Positions 1-11,542 of a stretch of DNA of 32,000 nucleotides are shown here, piece after piece. The position numbers were made by a program, and so were the translations under genes. Source of the stretch: Pasteurella multocida (lineage in GTDB: Bacteria > Pseudomonadota > Gammaproteobacteria > Enterobacterales > Pasteurellaceae); the NCBI RefSeq assembly GCF_900187275.1, contig NZ_LT906458.1, positions 2,160,001 through 2,192,000 of the forward strand, in the 5' to 3' direction. Positions within the stretch are counted from its first letter, which is position 1, and each line of letters begins with the position of its first letter. The notes beneath the pieces are model-generated. The model saw only the letters and a program-made list of their open reading frames with translations. It did no database searches and was not told the DNA's origin.

Positions 1-403
1 GTACTAAGTGCGGTGCTTTTTCCAAATTTTTTCGCCAATTCGCAAAGTTATCACCTTCAATAAATTGAATGCTGAATTGGGCTTCTTTACCTTGATTGAG
101 TACATGAATCAAATCTGCGACGGTATTGACCCCTTGCATTGAATACGTTCCCGCTTTGATTTTATTGAGTTGGGGATTTAATTTAAGCAAGTAAGGGAGC
201 AAATTGGCGTTATCGAGGATCTTCTCTTGTTCTAAAAGCGTAGCAAGTTTATTGCCTGTGGTGCCGCGTTCGACGGTTAAAAGCTGATCCGCTTTGACGT
301 TGACCGGCGTGTCCATAAATTGCTGAATATGTTGGTAAGCAACAAACAAAATCCCTAACCCCACGAGAATGAGCAGGAAAAACGAAGTAAGCCATTTTTT
401 CAT
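1..403 (-). CDS. mltG: Endolytic murein transglycosylase MltG/YceG, N-terminal part (truncated by window edge)
   Basis: Reverse-strand reading from ATG at 403 gives MKKWLTSFFLLILVGLGILFVAYQHI..VKADQLLTVERGTTGNKLATLLEQEKI..., typical of the YceG/MltG membrane anchor and LysM-like start. Confidence 0.8.
   Translation of the reverse strand, partial: MKKWLTSFFLLILVGLGILFVAYQHIQQFMDTPVNVKADQLLTVERGTTGNKLATLLEQEKILDNANLLPYLLKLNPQLNKIKAGTYSMQGVNTVADLIHVLNQGKEAQFSIQFIEGDNFANWRKNLEKAPHLV
6..14 (+). repeat. Pasteurellaceae DNA uptake signal core AAGTGCGGT
   Basis: Exact 9-mer. Confidence 0.8.
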
Positions 404-535
404 CGATACGAATTATCCGTCCACAGTAAAGTCACAGTTTGGCGATTATAGCATAAAGCTGGGCAGAAATTGATAAGCCCTAAAAGACAAAATGCGATCT
501 GAATGATCGCACTTTGCATGAGATGAAGTCTATCA

Positions 536-1768
536 CTAGTACAAGACGCGTGCGCGAATCGTGCCTTCAATCTCTTTTAATTGCGTTAATAAGCTGTGTG
601 TGTCTTCTGTCTCAACATCGATTACGACATAACCGATCGCTGGGTCTGTTTGTAAATATTGTGCGGCGATATTCACGTTAGCATCCACAAACACTTGGTT
701 AATCTTATTGAGTACCCCTTGTTTATTGTGGTGAATATGTAATAAGCGTTTAGTACCAACATGTTCAGGGAGTGACACTTCAGGGAAGTTGACCGCAGAA
801 AGGGTAGAACCATTATCTGAATATTTGACAAATTTACCGGATACTTCTGCACCAATGTTTTCTTGTGCTTCTGACGTGGAGCCACCGATGTGCGGCGTAA
901 GAATCACATTATCAAAAGCACGCAACGGTGAAACAAATTCCTCTTGAATGGAGGCGGGTTCTTCTGGGAAGACATCTAAGGCTGCGCCACGGATTTTGCC
1001 AGCCTCTAAGGCTTGTGCTAAGGCATCAATATCTACTACTGTTCCTCTTGCCGCATTAATTAAGATGGCGCCTTCTTTTAATTGTGCGATGCGTTCTGCA
1101 CTGATGAGGTTTTTGGTTGAGGCATTTTCAGGCACATGTAATGACACTACATCACAGCTAGACAGAAGTTCTTCTAATGTACGTAATTGCTGCGCATTGC
1201 CTAATGGCAATTTATTCTCGATATCATAGAAGAATACGCGCATCCCGAGTGACTCCGCAATAATACTTAACTGTGAACCGATATGCCCGTAACCAATGAT
1301 ACCCAGTTTTTTACCACGTACTTCATGTGATCCATTGGCTGATTTATTCCAAATCCCACGGTGTACTTCGGCATTGGCTTGGGGAACGTTACGCATTAAC
1401 AGGAGAATTTCCCCTAACACTAACTCTGCTACAGAACGGGTATTTGAAAACGGCGCATTAAACACTGGAATACCACGTAATTTTGCTGCTTGTAAATTGA
1501 CTTGGTTAGTACCGATACAGAAACAACCAATCGCAATTAATTTTTGTGCATGGGCAAGTACTTCTTCCGTTAAGAACGTGCGTGAGCGGATACCCACAAA
1601 GTGCGCATCTTTAATGGCTTCTTTTAATTCATCATCATCTAAGGCTTTTTTATGGTATTCAATGTTGGTATAGCCAGCATTTTGTAGCACTTCCAATGCC
1701 GTTTGATGGACACCTTCTAATAAGAGAAATTTAATTTTAGATTTATCTAAAGACACTTTGGTCGTCAT
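536..1768 (-). CDS. serA: D-3-phosphoglycerate dehydrogenase with C-terminal ACT domain
   Basis: 410 aa; Rossmann motif LGIIGYGHIGSQL, catalytic-region HVPENASTKNLI and LTPHIGGSTSEAQ, C-terminal ACT-like HHNKQGVLNKINQVF. Confidence 0.96.
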   Translation of the reverse strand: MTTKVSLDKSKIKFLLLEGVHQTALEVLQNAGYTNIEYHKKALDDDELKEAIKDAHFVGIRSRTFLTEEVLAHAQKLIAIGCFCIGTNQVNLQAAKLRGIPVFNAPFSNTRSVAELVLGEILLLMRNVPQANAEVHRGIWNKSANGSHEVRGKKLGIIGYGHIGSQLSIIAESLGMRVFFYDIENKLPLGNAQQLRTLEELLSSCDVVSLHVPENASTKNLISAERIAQLKEGAILINAARGTVVDIDALAQALEAGKIRGAALDVFPEEPASIQEEFVSPLRAFDNVILTPHIGGSTSEAQENIGAEVSGKFVKYSDNGSTLSAVNFPEVSLPEHVGTKRLLHIHHNKQGVLNKINQVFVDANVNIAAQYLQTDPAIGYVVIDVETEDTHSLLTQLKEIEGTIRARVLY

Positions 1769-1785
1769 GTTTGCTTTCCTTTTTG

Positions 1786-2445
1786 TTATTCAATGACTTT
1801 GGCACCTTCAGGCGTGCCGACAATAATAATATCTGCTGCGCGTAGAGCAAAAATGCCATTGGTGACCACGCCCGGCACATTATTTAATTCTTTTTCCATT
1901 TCAACAGGATTCATAATAGCAAAATGATAGACATCTAAAATCACGTTACCATTATCTGTAACAACACCTTCGCGGTATTCTGGTGAGCCACCTAAGGCGA
2001 CTAATTTACGCGCCACTTGGGAGCGCGCCATTGGAATCACCTCAACTGGTAAGGCGAAAGTTGAGCCGAGCACATCAACTTGTTTACTTGTATCAACGAT
2101 ACAAATGAATTTTTTTGCCAACGCTGCCACAATTTTTTCACGGGTTAGTGCGGCACCTCCGCCTTTGATCATCATTTTCTGTGGGTTAATCTCATCGGCA
2201 CCATCGACATAGATATCAAGGCTTGAAACCTCATTGGCACTAAACACTTCAATCCCTTGTTTTGCTAATAAGGCTTCTGAGGCTTTTGAGGCCGCCACCG
2301 CCCCTTTAATTTGATCTCGCATACTCCCTAGCGCTTCAATAAAACAATTGACTGTTGAGCCACTGCCTACCCCAATGATTGAATCGGGCTTCACGTATTG
2401 CAGTGCGGCTGCCGCAGCCATTTTTTTCATTTCAAGTTGATCCAT
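1786..2445 (-). CDS. rpiA: Ribose-5-phosphate isomerase A
   Basis: [39 protein letters not shown]; [10 protein letters not shown]; [14 protein letters not shown]. Start placed at the internal Met (2445) rather than the ORF-track start at 2466. Confidence 0.96.
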   Translation of the reverse strand: MDQLEMKKMAAAAALQYVKPDSIIGVGSGSTVNCFIEALGSMRDQIKGAVAASKASEALLAKQGIEVFSANEVSSLDIYVDGADEINPQKMMIKGGGAALTREKIVAALAKKFICIVDTSKQVDVLGSTFALPVEVIPMARSQVARKLVALGGSPEYREGVVTDNGNVILDVYHFAIMNPVEMEKELNNVPGVVTNGIFALRAADIIIVGTPEGAKVIE

Positions 2446-2596
2446 GTTGATTCCTTTAAATTGCAAATAATCCTGTTTAACGTCGTGCTAAAAGCAATGT
2501 AGCACGACATCTTTTGATTGATATATAACTTGCGTAATCGTTTGCGCATGGTGTAATAACGCCTTACTTTAATCTTATTCAAGCGGATTAACAAGC

Positions 2597-3751
2597 CTAT
2601 TTTGGTAAAAATTCTGCTAACAATTCATTTAAAAATAACTTGCCTTGTTCGGTCACTTGCCATGCAACTTCCGTTTCAACAAGATATTTTTTGGCTAATG
2701 CCCATTGAATTTGTGGCTGAATACTTTCTTCACACAGTCCAGTGAGTCGGGTGAAATCTGTTTTGGGGACCGCTTCTAATAAACGAAAACGGTTCATAAA
2801 AAATTCAAAAGCCAGATCTTCTGTGGCAACGGTTTTTTCTTCGTACAAATAGTCCCCACGCATATAACCTTTTGGATGTTTGGTTTTTGAATAACGTTTA
2901 ATTTCGCCGTTGGGTTGTGTGATTTTACCATGTGCACCACAACCAATTGCTAAATAATCACCAAAACGCCAATAATTCAGGTTATGCCGACATTGAAAAG
3001 CGGGTTTCGCATAAGCAGAGGTTTCATATTGCACATAACCTGCCTCCGTTAATAGTTGATGACCTTGTTCAAAAATATCCCAGAGTGCGTCATCATCAGG
3101 CAAAACGGGCGGACGATAGGCAAACATCGTATTAGGTTCAATAGTGAGTTGATACCAAGAAAGGTGGGGAGGCTCGAGCGCAATCGCTTGTTGTAAATCA
3201 GAGAGCGCTTCTTCTAAGGTCTGGTTAGGTAGCCCGTGCATCAGATCTAAATTAAAACTTTTTAGCCCGGAAAGTTTGGCAAAACCAACCGCACTTTTGG
3301 CTTCTTGTGCATTATGGATGCGACCTAAACGTACTAATTTATCATCATTGAAGCTTTGAATACCCATTGAAATGCGGGTGACACCTGCTTGGACATAACC
3401 TTTGAAACGTTCTGCTTCGGCTGTACCGGGATTAGCTTCAAGCGTAATTTCAATGTCGGGTTGAAAAGGGAGACATTGTGCAACGCCAGATAAGAGCGTA
3501 TGAATTCCTTCCGCAGAAAATAGACTAGGTGTTCCTCCCCCAATAAAAATCGAATGGAGAGAACGATCTTGAATACTGTCTTGAAAACATTGCCGATCTT
3601 GATGTAGATCTTGCAATAAGTGGGCAATATAGTCTTGTTCAGGAATATGTCCTTTTTGTGCATGAGAATTAAAATCACAATAAGGGCATTTTTGTACACA
3701 CCAAGGAATATGAATATACAGGCTTAGTGGGGGAAGGCGGTTTATATTCAC
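2597..3751 (-). CDS. hemW: Radical SAM protein HemW (heme chaperone, coproporphyrinogen oxidase-like)
   Basis: CVQKCPYCDFNSH (CxxxCxxC), FIGGGTPSLF, QSFNDDKLVRLGRIHN; 384 aa. Confidence 0.92.
   Translation of the reverse strand: MNINRLPPLSLYIHIPWCVQKCPYCDFNSHAQKGHIPEQDYIAHLLQDLHQDRQCFQDSIQDRSLHSIFIGGGTPSLFSAEGIHTLLSGVAQCLPFQPDIEITLEANPGTAEAERFKGYVQAGVTRISMGIQSFNDDKLVRLGRIHNAQEAKSAVGFAKLSGLKSFNLDLMHGLPNQTLEEALSDLQQAIALEPPHLSWYQLTIEPNTMFAYRPPVLPDDDALWDIFEQGHQLLTEAGYVQYETSAYAKPAFQCRHNLNYWRFGDYLAIGCGAHGKITQPNGEIKRYSKTKHPKGYMRGDYLYEEKTVATEDLAFEFFMNRFRLLEAVPKTDFTRLTGLCEESIQPQIQWALAKKYLVETEVAWQVTEQGKLFLNELLAEFLPK
3288..3296 (-). repeat. DNA uptake signal core (ACCGCACTT)
   Basis: Exact 9-mer on the reverse strand. 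Confidence 0.8.
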
Positions 3752-4074
3752 TAACGTACCACCACGGCTGTTCCACTTGCCACAATCATAAACATACTTT
3801 TGCCTTCACCATTGATTGATGTGTAATTGACTTCGACACCCACAACCGCATTGGCGCCTAAACGTTTTGCCTGCTGTTGTAATTCTTCTAAGGCTTCTTT
3901 GCGAGCACGCGCAATTTTGGACTCGTATGCCCCAGAGCGTCCACCAATGATATCAGTAATGCCCGCAAAAAAGTCACGGATAAAGTTTGAGCCAGCAACC
4001 ACTTCACCGAATACCACCTCTTTGTATTCAATGATTTGTTTTCCCTCAATGCTTGGCGTCGTGGTAATAAGCAT
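3751..4074 (-). CDS. YbjQ/UPF0145-family heavy-metal-binding-like protein
   Basis: 107 aa; MLITTTPSIEGKQIIEYKEVVFGEVVAGSNFIRDFFAGITDIIGGRSGAYE..ANAVVGVEVNYTSI, characteristic of the family. Confidence 0.85.
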   Translation of the reverse strand: MLITTTPSIEGKQIIEYKEVVFGEVVAGSNFIRDFFAGITDIIGGRSGAYESKIARARKEALEELQQQAKRLGANAVVGVEVNYTSINGEGKSMFMIVASGTAVVVR

Positions 4075-4083
4075 AGGTATTCC

Positions 4084-4764
4084 TTATTTAAGTTGGTCTA
4101 ACAGTGAAAAAAGTGCAGTTGGTTTTTGTTTAATTTCAGCTGCCATTTTGTTGGCTAGTTTTTGTGCTTGTGGCCAATCAGCCCGATTGAGGACATCGCC
4201 ACTGCATAAATACTCCATATCTTCTTTATTGATATCACCATGGCGCAAATTGTTATACGTTGCTAGAGTGCAGGCCTTAATGGTAGAAAATGCTACACCA
4301 TAATTTTTGGCTAGCCGACTGTCACCGTAAATCCAGCTTAATTGGGCAAGTGCCGTGTAGTTTTCTAATTCTGCGGCTTGTTTGAGTTTGCTCACAATCA
4401 GCGCGTAATTTTTAGGTTGCTGTTTATCTAATTGATACACTTCATCGAAGATTTTTTGACTCCCATTTGGTGCCAAGTCTTGTAATAATCTCGGATCATA
4501 TTCTGCCAAAATATCGTCTAATAAATCTTGCGCAACGTCGTATTTATTATTGGCAGCTTGCTCCAACCAGTAGAAAAAGTCACTTCGTTTTAAGTGTGCC
4601 ATATCAGTAGTTGTCTGCAAACTCATGGCTAAATCATACTGTGCTTCTGGATTGCCTTTTTGTGCCTCTTTTAGTAATTCAATTTGCTCAGGTAAATAAT
4701 CTAGTCCATAAACTGTGTGAGATAAAGTAAAGCTCATTAAAAATAGACCGCACTTTTTCCACAT
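4084..4764 (-). CDS. Secreted Sel1-like repeat protein of unknown function
   Basis: N-terminal signal-like MWKKCGLFLMSFTLSHTVYG followed by helical-repeat segments (KEAQKGNPEAQYDLAMSLQ, YWLEQAANNKYDVAQDLLDD). Confidence 0.55.
   Translation of the reverse strand: MWKKCGLFLMSFTLSHTVYGLDYLPEQIELLKEAQKGNPEAQYDLAMSLQTTTDMAHLKRSDFFYWLEQAANNKYDVAQDLLDDILAEYDPRLLQDLAPNGSQKIFDEVYQLDKQQPKNYALIVSKLKQAAELENYTALAQLSWIYGDSRLAKNYGVAFSTIKACTLATYNNLRHGDINKEDMEYLCSGDVLNRADWPQAQKLANKMAAEIKQKPTALFSLLDQLK
4749..4757 (-). repeat. DNA uptake signal core (ACCGCACTT)
   Basis: Exact 9-mer on the reverse strand. Confidence 0.8.
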
Positions 4765-4766
4765 AA

Positions 4767-5375
4767 CTAAGCTCCTTTTGTTGCTAATTTAGTTTGTAAC
4801 ACAGATAGCGCTTTTGCTCGGTGGGAAATTTTTTTCTTTTCACTTGTTGCTAACTCCGCAAAAGTGCAGTTTACTTCAGGACTAAAGAATAGGCTGTCAT
4901 AGCCAAAGCCATTTTCGCCTTTTTCTGCAAAACCAATTTCACCATAACATTCTCCTTCGGCAATAATCGGAGAAGGATCGTGTTCGTGTTGTAACATGAC
5001 GATACAGCTGACAAATTTTGCTTGTCGATGTGTTGGCGCGATATGATGTAGCGCGTGTAATAATTTTGCGCGGTTTTTCGCGTCTGCATCAGGACCATCT
5101 ACCCCCGCATAGCGTGCAGAGTATAAACCCGGTGCGCCACCAAGGGCAGGCACGACTAACCCTGAGTCATCAGCAATGGCGGGTAAGCCTGACATTTTAC
5201 TGGCATAGCGTGCTTTTAATAGTGCATTTTCCACAAATGTCAAACCAGTTTCTTCTGGGCTTTCAATGTTGAGTTCTGTTTGAGCAATCACTTCAAAACC
5301 AAAATCAGCCAAGACATCTGACATTTCTTTGACTTTTCCTAAGTTGCCTGTTGCTAAGACGATTTTTTGTTTCAT
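4767..5375 (-). CDS. rdgB: dITP/XTP pyrophosphatase (RdgB/HAM1)
   Basis: [19 protein letters not shown]; [24 protein letters not shown]; GFGYDSLF. Confidence 0.95.
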   Translation of the reverse strand: MKQKIVLATGNLGKVKEMSDVLADFGFEVIAQTELNIESPEETGLTFVENALLKARYASKMSGLPAIADDSGLVVPALGGAPGLYSARYAGVDGPDADAKNRAKLLHALHHIAPTHRQAKFVSCIVMLQHEHDPSPIIAEGECYGEIGFAEKGENGFGYDSLFFSPEVNCTFAELATSEKKKISHRAKALSVLQTKLATKGA

Positions 5376-5495
5376 TTGAGACCTTGTACTGAAGAAAATG
5401 TGAGGAAATTATACGCTTTTCTACGACATAAAGCCAAATGACAAAAGCGGAATCCTAAGATTCCACATGTGAATAAAATGAGGTGATGAGGAGGG

Positions 5496-5843
5496 TTAGA
5501 GTTGAAGGCGTGTTTTATTTTTTTCCAAGATAGCTTGACCAATACCTTGAATATCACGTAATTGTTCAATATCGGTAAACGGACCATGCTTTTCTCGGTG
5601 TTGGATAATGGCTTCAGCTTTTTTCGCGCCAATGCCAAGTAGCTTTTGTTGCAAGTCAGTTGCGCTGGCTGTATTAATATTCACTTTTTCATTAAGTGTA
5701 TCCTGTGGTTTGCTTTGTATGTTTTGTACTACAGCGTGTTCTGTTTTCGCTTTTGTCATGTTTGCTGATTCAGCACATACATTGCTACTGTTAGAAAGAG
5801 AAACAAAGACAAAAACAGAAAATAAAAGAGATTTTAATTTCAT
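5496..5843 (-). CDS. comEA: ComEA-family helix-hairpin-helix DNA-binding competence protein
   Basis: Signal peptide plus VNINTASATDLQQKLLGIGAKKAEAIIQHREKHGPFTDIEQLRDIQGIGQAILEKNKTRL. Confidence 0.88.
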   Translation of the reverse strand: MKLKSLLFSVFVFVSLSNSSNVCAESANMTKAKTEHAVVQNIQSKPQDTLNEKVNINTASATDLQQKLLGIGAKKAEAIIQHREKHGPFTDIEQLRDIQGIGQAILEKNKTRLQL

Positions 5844-6055
5844 AAGTCTTCCTTAAAAATATTTGAGGTTAATAAGAAGAAGGTGTTGAACAAATTCAAC
5901 AGGGGCTATTTTCTCGATCAGAAAGGTCTTTGACTAAAATAGGGTGTTTTTTTGAGATGAAGATCGAAAAAGAAAATTATTGTTGCCAGAATTTTTCATC
6001 CTTGAGTGAAAGATCGCCATCTGATGATAGGATTGAATCATGTTGTTGAGCCAAT

Positions 6056-6088
6056 AAAAAAACCACGGGTATTCAATCCGTGGTTTTC
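6056..6088 (-). terminator. Rho-independent terminator of the minus-strand ispH transcript
   Basis: 8-bp stem AACCACGG...CCGTGGTT at 6061-6085; on the minus strand the hairpin is followed by a T-run. Confidence 0.75.
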
Positions 6089-6121
6089 ATCATGTCTGGA
6101 TAAATTAAGCAATGAGGGAGG

Positions 6122-7069
6122 CTAATTGACTTCGGTAATACGCAGTTCTCTCGGCACTTCAAACACCGTATTTTCTTCACACCCTTGTAGCTCTTCTACA
6201 CGGGTAACACCTAATTCTTGCAAACGTTTGACGACCGATTGGACTAACACTTCTGGAGCAGAGGCACCAGCAGTAATCCCAATGGTAGTTACATTTTCTA
6301 GCCAAGTTGGATCAATGTCATTTGCATCATCAATCAGTTTGGAGACGACGCCCATACGAGAGGCAAGCTCAGCTAACCGGTTAGAGTTAGACGAATTTTT
6401 AGAACCAACGACAATGACTAAATCGGATTGTTGTGCCAGTTCACGCACGGCTTGTTGGCGGTTGGTGGTGGCATAACAAATATCGTTTTTACGCGGACCT
6501 TGAATAGCCGGGTATTTTTGTTTGAGTGCTTCAATCACTTCACTGGTATCGTCAATTGACAAGGTAGTCTGTGTCATAAAGGTTAAATCATCTTCTTGTC
6601 TTAACCCTAACTTAGCAATATCTTCCACACTTTCCACCAAGAAAATGCCCCCTTCAGGGTTGTCATATTGCCCCATCGTGCCTTCGACTTCTGGATGCCC
6701 CTCGTGACCAATTAAGATCGCCTTGGTACCTTTACGGCTTGCCCTTGCCACTTGCATATGGACTTTTGTCACTAAAGGACAGGTCGCATCAAACACTTTG
6801 AGATTGCGATTTTTGGCTTCTTGGCGGACCGCTTGTGAAACACCATGGGCTGAGAAAATCACAATCGCACCATCCGGTACTTCATGTAATTCTTCTACAA
6901 AAATTGCCCCACGTTCGCGTAACCCATTAACAACAAAGCGGTTGTGTACCACTTCATGACGCACATAAATAGGTGAACCGTGAATCTCTAACGCAGATTC
7001 TACGATACTAATCGCACGATCAACACCGGCACAGAAACCACGTGGATTGGCTAAAATAATTTTCATCAT
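6122..7069 (-). CDS. ispH: 4-hydroxy-3-methylbut-2-enyl diphosphate reductase
   Basis: [23 protein letters not shown]; YVRHEVVHN; [14 protein letters not shown]; CYATTNRQ. Confidence 0.97.
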
Positions 7070-7078
7070 CGTCCTCTA

Positions 7079-7576
7079 TTATTCTGTACGTTGTTCAGGC
7101 TCATGGCGATTTTTGAACGCATCAAGAATCATCAATCCTGCACCAAGGGAAATGGCGATGTCGGCAACATTGAAAACTGGGTAGTGATAAATATCCCAGT
7201 AAAAATCAAAGAAATCGACAACAAAACCATGATATAAACGATCAATCATATTACCTAATGCCCCACCAATAATCAGTGCGTAGGCAATATTCTGTAATTT
7301 CTGTGTTGCTTGATTTTTTGCGAGAAAATAACACAACATCAGTGAAATCGCGATGGCAAGCACAATAAAAAAGTATTTTTGCCAACCATCGTGATCGGCT
7401 AAGAAGCTAAATGCTGCGCCATAGTTCCGCACATAAGTTAAATTAAACACGGGAAGAATATTGATACTTTCATACAGTTCAAAATTTTTTACGACGAAAT
7501 ATTTGCTGCTTAAATCTAATAAAAATGTCACCGCACTTAACCAAAGAAATGAAAGCCCACTTTTCGATTTTGTCAT
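7079..7576 (-). CDS. lspA: Lipoprotein signal peptidase II
   Basis: Four hydrophobic segments with NLTYVRNYGAAFSFL and VVDFFDFY...FNVADIAISLGA catalytic motifs. Confidence 0.95.
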   Translation of the reverse strand: MTKSKSGLSFLWLSAVTFLLDLSSKYFVVKNFELYESINILPVFNLTYVRNYGAAFSFLADHDGWQKYFFIVLAIAISLMLCYFLAKNQATQKLQNIAYALIIGGALGNMIDRLYHGFVVDFFDFYWDIYHYPVFNVADIAISLGAGLMILDAFKNRHEPEQRTE

Positions 7577-7686
7577 AATAACCTTTACATCGTTTCAATA
7601 TTGCAAGAGGCGAACGTTCATGTTCGCCTGTAAGAATAAATTCGAGCATGCACAACAAAGGCAGGATAAACTGCCTTTGTGCAAGA

Positions 7687-10485
7687 TTATGCGAATTGTC
7701 TGACTTCGCCCTGACCGTTGACGTTTTCATCACAGCGAGAGCAGAGCGATTCAGCATCTTTGCTGTCAGAATAATGCCAACAACGAGGGCATTTGTGATT
7801 CGCTGAACGTACCACTTTTACTGCAAAGCCTTTCACTTCACCTTCCGCCACATCAGCGTCTGCCAATGGTTTGACTTCTGCTTTTGAGGTAAGTAACACA
7901 AAACGCAATTCATTTTGTAATTTGGCTAAGAGTGGAGCGTAAGTGTCATTCGCATAAATGGTCAATTCCGCTTCAAGGGCAGCCCCGATAATTCTATCGT
8001 TACGTGCTTGCTCTAATACGCGGTTAACTTCATTACGTAAAGTGATGACTTGTTGCCAGTAAGCATCATTCATTTGTTCATTTGCATCTAACGCAAATAA
8101 ACCGTTGTAGAATTCTTCAGTAAACACAAATTCACCACGCTCACCCGGAATATACTGCCAGATTTCATCCGCAGTGAAGGATAACACTGGGGCAATCCAA
8201 CGAACAAGCGCTTCTGCAATATGCCATAACGCCGTTTGACAGCTACGACGTGCAAGGCTATCTGCTTTAGTGGTGTATTGACGGTCCTTAATAATATCTA
8301 AATAGAATGAACCCATTTCAATTGAGCAGAATTTCATTAAACGTTGAATTACTGCATGGAATTGATAGTTATCGTAGGCATCTTTAATTTCATTCTGTGC
8401 TTGGTATGCACAATCCACTGCCCAACGATCGAGCACCATCATCTCTTCAGGCTTAACCAGATCATGTTTTGGATCAAAACCATTTAAGTTCGCCAGTAAG
8501 AAACGTGCGGTGTTACGAATACGACGATAAGCATCGGCTGCACGTTTTAAGATTTCATCCGACACAGAAATCTCGCCAGTATAGTCAGTGGAAGCAACCC
8601 ATAAACGTAAAATATCGCCACCGAATTTATCCATTACCTCTTGTGGCGTCACAATGTTACCGATAGATTTTGACATTTTACGACCTTGACCATCAACGGT
8701 GAAACCATGCGTTAAGACTTGTTTATAAGGCGCTTTATTGTCGGTTGCGGTAGAAAGCATTAAGGAAGACATAAACCAACCACGGTGTTGGTCAGAACCT
8801 TCTAAATACATATCCGCTTCTTGACCATTAAATTCAGGACGATCTTTCACCACGGAATAATAGGTTGATCCCGAGTCGAACCAGACATCAAGGGTATCTG
8901 GTACTTTGATGTAGTTGTCGGCATCTGCACCTAATAATTCTGCCGTATCTAAATCCCACCATGCTTGAATCCCTTTTTGTTCAACACGTTTTGCTACTTC
9001 TTCGACAAGCTCAACGGTGCGTGGATGCAGTTCTTCTGTTTCTTTGTGGATAAATAACGCAACTGGCACGCCCCATGTACGTTGACGAGAAATACACCAG
9101 TCTGGACGATTTTCCACCATTTTTTCAATTCGCGCTTGCCCCCAATCTGGAATCCAACGCACTTTTTTGATTTCACTTAAGGCTTGTTGGCGTAAGCCTT
9201 GTTTTTCCATGCCGATAAACCATTGTGGTGTGGCGCGGAAGATAATTGGGGTTTTATGACGCCAGCAGTGTGGGTAACTGTGTTTGATTTTGCTGAATTT
9301 CAGCATTGCACCCACTTCTTGTAATTTGGCGACCACTAAATCATTCGATTCAAACACGCCTTTGCCCGCAAAGAACGGCACATCAGCTTTAAACAAGCCA
9401 TCGTTACCAATTAAGCCCGCCATTTCGATGCCATTTTTTTGCGCAATAATGTAGTCGTCATGACCATGATCTGGTGCGGTGTGTACTAAACCGGTACCGC
9501 CATCAGTGGTAACGTGATCACCTAAAATAAAGGGCACGCTAAAATCATAAAACGGATGTTGGAAACGTAACCATTCAAGATCTTTCCCTTTGCTTTCGCC
9601 TAAGATGACAACTTGTTCTACCCCCGCCGCTTTTGCTACTTCTTCTACTAAGTCTTTGGCTAAAATCACACGCTCATCATTGAATTGAACGAGTTGGTAA
9701 TCCAAATTTTCATGAATAGCGATAGCGCGGTTAGACGGAATGGTCCAAGGCGTAGTCGTCCAAATAACCGCTGAAATGTTACCTGTACCTTTGTCTGTCG
9801 CATTGAATTTCGCTAAAACGGCGTCAGAATCCACCGCACTAAAACGCACATAGATAGAAGGGGAGACTTTGTCTTCGTATTCGACTTCGGCTTCAGCCAA
9901 TGAAGAGGCGCAGTCTAAACACCAGTGAACCGGTTTTGAACCTTTGTATAGATGCCCATTTTCCACGGCTTTACCAAAGGCGCGAATGATATTCGCTTCG
10001 GTGTGATAATTCATGGTTAAGTAGGGATTGTCCCAGTCACCTAATACGCCAAGACGGATAAAATCTTTTTTCTGACCTTCAACTTGTTCTGCCGCATATT
10101 GACGGCATGCCTCACGAAATTGTGCTGCACTGATATTTTGGTTTGGTTTACCCACTAAACCTTCAACTTTTAATTCAATCGGCAAGCCGTGGCAGTCCCA
10201 ACCCGGAATATAAGGAGAGTCATAACCTAATGCCGTTTTGGATTTCACAATAATATCTTTCAGGATTTTATTGACGGCGTGACCAATATGGATAGTGCCG
10301 TTTGCATAAGGAGGGCCGTCATGCAGAATAAATGATTTTTTACCTTTGGACGCTTGACGGATTTTTTGGTAAAGATCTTTCTCGTACCAGCTTTTTAACA
10401 TATTTGGCTCACGTTTAGCCAAATCCCCACGCATAGGAAAGCCTGTTTCTGGCAGGTTAAGAGTGTTTTTATAATCAACTGTCAT
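7687..10485 (-). CDS. ileS: Isoleucyl-tRNA synthetase
   Basis: 932 aa; [15 protein letters not shown] (HIGH), KMSKSIGN (KMSKS), C-terminal zinc motif CPRCWHY...LCSRC. Confidence 0.98.
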   Translation of the reverse strand: MTVDYKNTLNLPETGFPMRGDLAKREPNMLKSWYEKDLYQKIRQASKGKKSFILHDGPPYANGTIHIGHAVNKILKDIIVKSKTALGYDSPYIPGWDCHGLPIELKVEGLVGKPNQNISAAQFREACRQYAAEQVEGQKKDFIRLGVLGDWDNPYLTMNYHTEANIIRAFGKAVENGHLYKGSKPVHWCLDCASSLAEAEVEYEDKVSPSIYVRFSAVDSDAVLAKFNATDKGTGNISAVIWTTTPWTIPSNRAIAIHENLDYQLVQFNDERVILAKDLVEEVAKAAGVEQVVILGESKGKDLEWLRFQHPFYDFSVPFILGDHVTTDGGTGLVHTAPDHGHDDYIIAQKNGIEMAGLIGNDGLFKADVPFFAGKGVFESNDLVVAKLQEVGAMLKFSKIKHSYPHCWRHKTPIIFRATPQWFIGMEKQGLRQQALSEIKKVRWIPDWGQARIEKMVENRPDWCISRQRTWGVPVALFIHKETEELHPRTVELVEEVAKRVEQKGIQAWWDLDTAELLGADADNYIKVPDTLDVWFDSGSTYYSVVKDRPEFNGQEADMYLEGSDQHRGWFMSSLMLSTATDNKAPYKQVLTHGFTVDGQGRKMSKSIGNIVTPQEVMDKFGGDILRLWVASTDYTGEISVSDEILKRAADAYRRIRNTARFLLANLNGFDPKHDLVKPEEMMVLDRWAVDCAYQAQNEIKDAYDNYQFHAVIQRLMKFCSIEMGSFYLDIIKDRQYTTKADSLARRSCQTALWHIAEALVRWIAPVLSFTADEIWQYIPGERGEFVFTEEFYNGLFALDANEQMNDAYWQQVITLRNEVNRVLEQARNDRIIGAALEAELTIYANDTYAPLLAKLQNELRFVLLTSKAEVKPLADADVAEGEVKGFAVKVVRSANHKCPRCWHYSDSKDAESLCSRCDENVNGQGEVRQFA

Positions 10486-10518
10486 CTTGATATCCTAATG
10501 AATAAAATAAATTAATTT

Positions 10519-11454
10519 TTAAATTTGTTGTGTTCTGAAAAAATGCTTTGCGGTTTCCACATCTTGGGCGATTTGCTCTTTTAATGCCTCAAAAGAGGGA
10601 AACTTAAATTCGTTACGGATTTTGTGGCAAAATTCGACTTCTAAGCACTGTCCATAAATAGTTGAATGAAAATCAAAAATATGCACCTCTAACAGCTGTA
10701 CAACGCCATTAATCGTGGGACGTTTACCAATATTCGCAACACCGTGATAAATCTCTTGATTTTTTAACCGCACTTTTACCGCGTAAACCCCTTTAACGGG
10801 GTTCACTTGCCGATGTAATGGAATGTTAGCTGTCGGAAAACCGATAGTTCGACCTAATTTATTGCCGTGTGCAACACGCCCTAAGATGCGATAAGGTTTA
10901 CCTAACATTTTTTCAGCATAGGCTAAATCATCCTCGGCTAAGGCTTCTCGGATCGCAGTGCTACTAATACGTAACTCGTCACAGCAAAAACTGTGGTTAT
11001 CTTCCACGAAAAAGCCAAATGCCTCGCCTGACTTCTGTAACAGGGCAAAGTCACCTTGTCGTTTCGCCCCAAAACGGAAATCATCACCAATACTTAAAAA
11101 GCGGACATTCAACTTTTTGATGAGCCAATCTTCAATAAATTCTTCGGCGGTTTGGCTAGCAAAATTTTCATTAAAACGAATACAAAGCACATAATCTACT
11201 TTTGCTTGAGCGAGATAATGTAATTTATCACGTAGGCGCATCAGGCGTGCGGGAATGGCTTCGCCAGTAAAGTATTCGCGCGGTTGTGGTTCAAATAACA
11301 TCACGACCACCGGCAAATTCAACGCATCGGCTTTTTGACGTAAATGGCGCAAAATGGCTTGATGACCTAAATGTACACCATCAAAATTGCCAATAGTCAG
11401 CGCACAACCAGATAAATTTGGGGGTAAATTGTGAATGCCACGAATCAGTCGCAT
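10519..11454 (-). CDS. ribF: Bifunctional riboflavin kinase / FMN adenylyltransferase
   Basis: MRLIRGIHNLPPNLSGCALTIGNFDGVHLGHQ; GRVAHGNKLGRTIGFPTANI. Start moved to internal Met at 11454 because the N-terminus there matches RibF proteins. Confidence 0.94.
   Translation of the reverse strand: MRLIRGIHNLPPNLSGCALTIGNFDGVHLGHQAILRHLRQKADALNLPVVVMLFEPQPREYFTGEAIPARLMRLRDKLHYLAQAKVDYVLCIRFNENFASQTAEEFIEDWLIKKLNVRFLSIGDDFRFGAKRQGDFALLQKSGEAFGFFVEDNHSFCCDELRISSTAIREALAEDDLAYAEKMLGKPYRILGRVAHGNKLGRTIGFPTANIPLHRQVNPVKGVYAVKVRLKNQEIYHGVANIGKRPTINGVVQLLEVHIFDFHSTIYGQCLEVEFCHKIRNEFKFPSFEALKEQIAQDVETAKHFFRTQQI
10767..10775 (-). repeat. DNA uptake signal core (ACCGCACTT)
   Basis: Exact 9-mer on the reverse strand. 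Confidence 0.8.
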
Positions 11455-11542
11455 TGAAATCGTTATCCGTTCGAAATTTATAAGCAAAAATAATTCGGAC
11501 ATTATAAGCATAAATCAAGCAAATAGGCGATATTTTTTTAGC

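Noticed and set aside
3334-3699. 121-aa minus-strand ORF within hemW.
   Set aside because: It is an alternate frame of the hemW gene on the same strand, which has intact radical SAM motifs.
5844-6055. Possible CRP-S (Sxy-dependent) site upstream of comEA.
   Set aside because: I searched for TGCGA-N6-TCGCA-like palindromes and found only weak matches such as TTTCTCGATCAGAAA; not supportable by eye.
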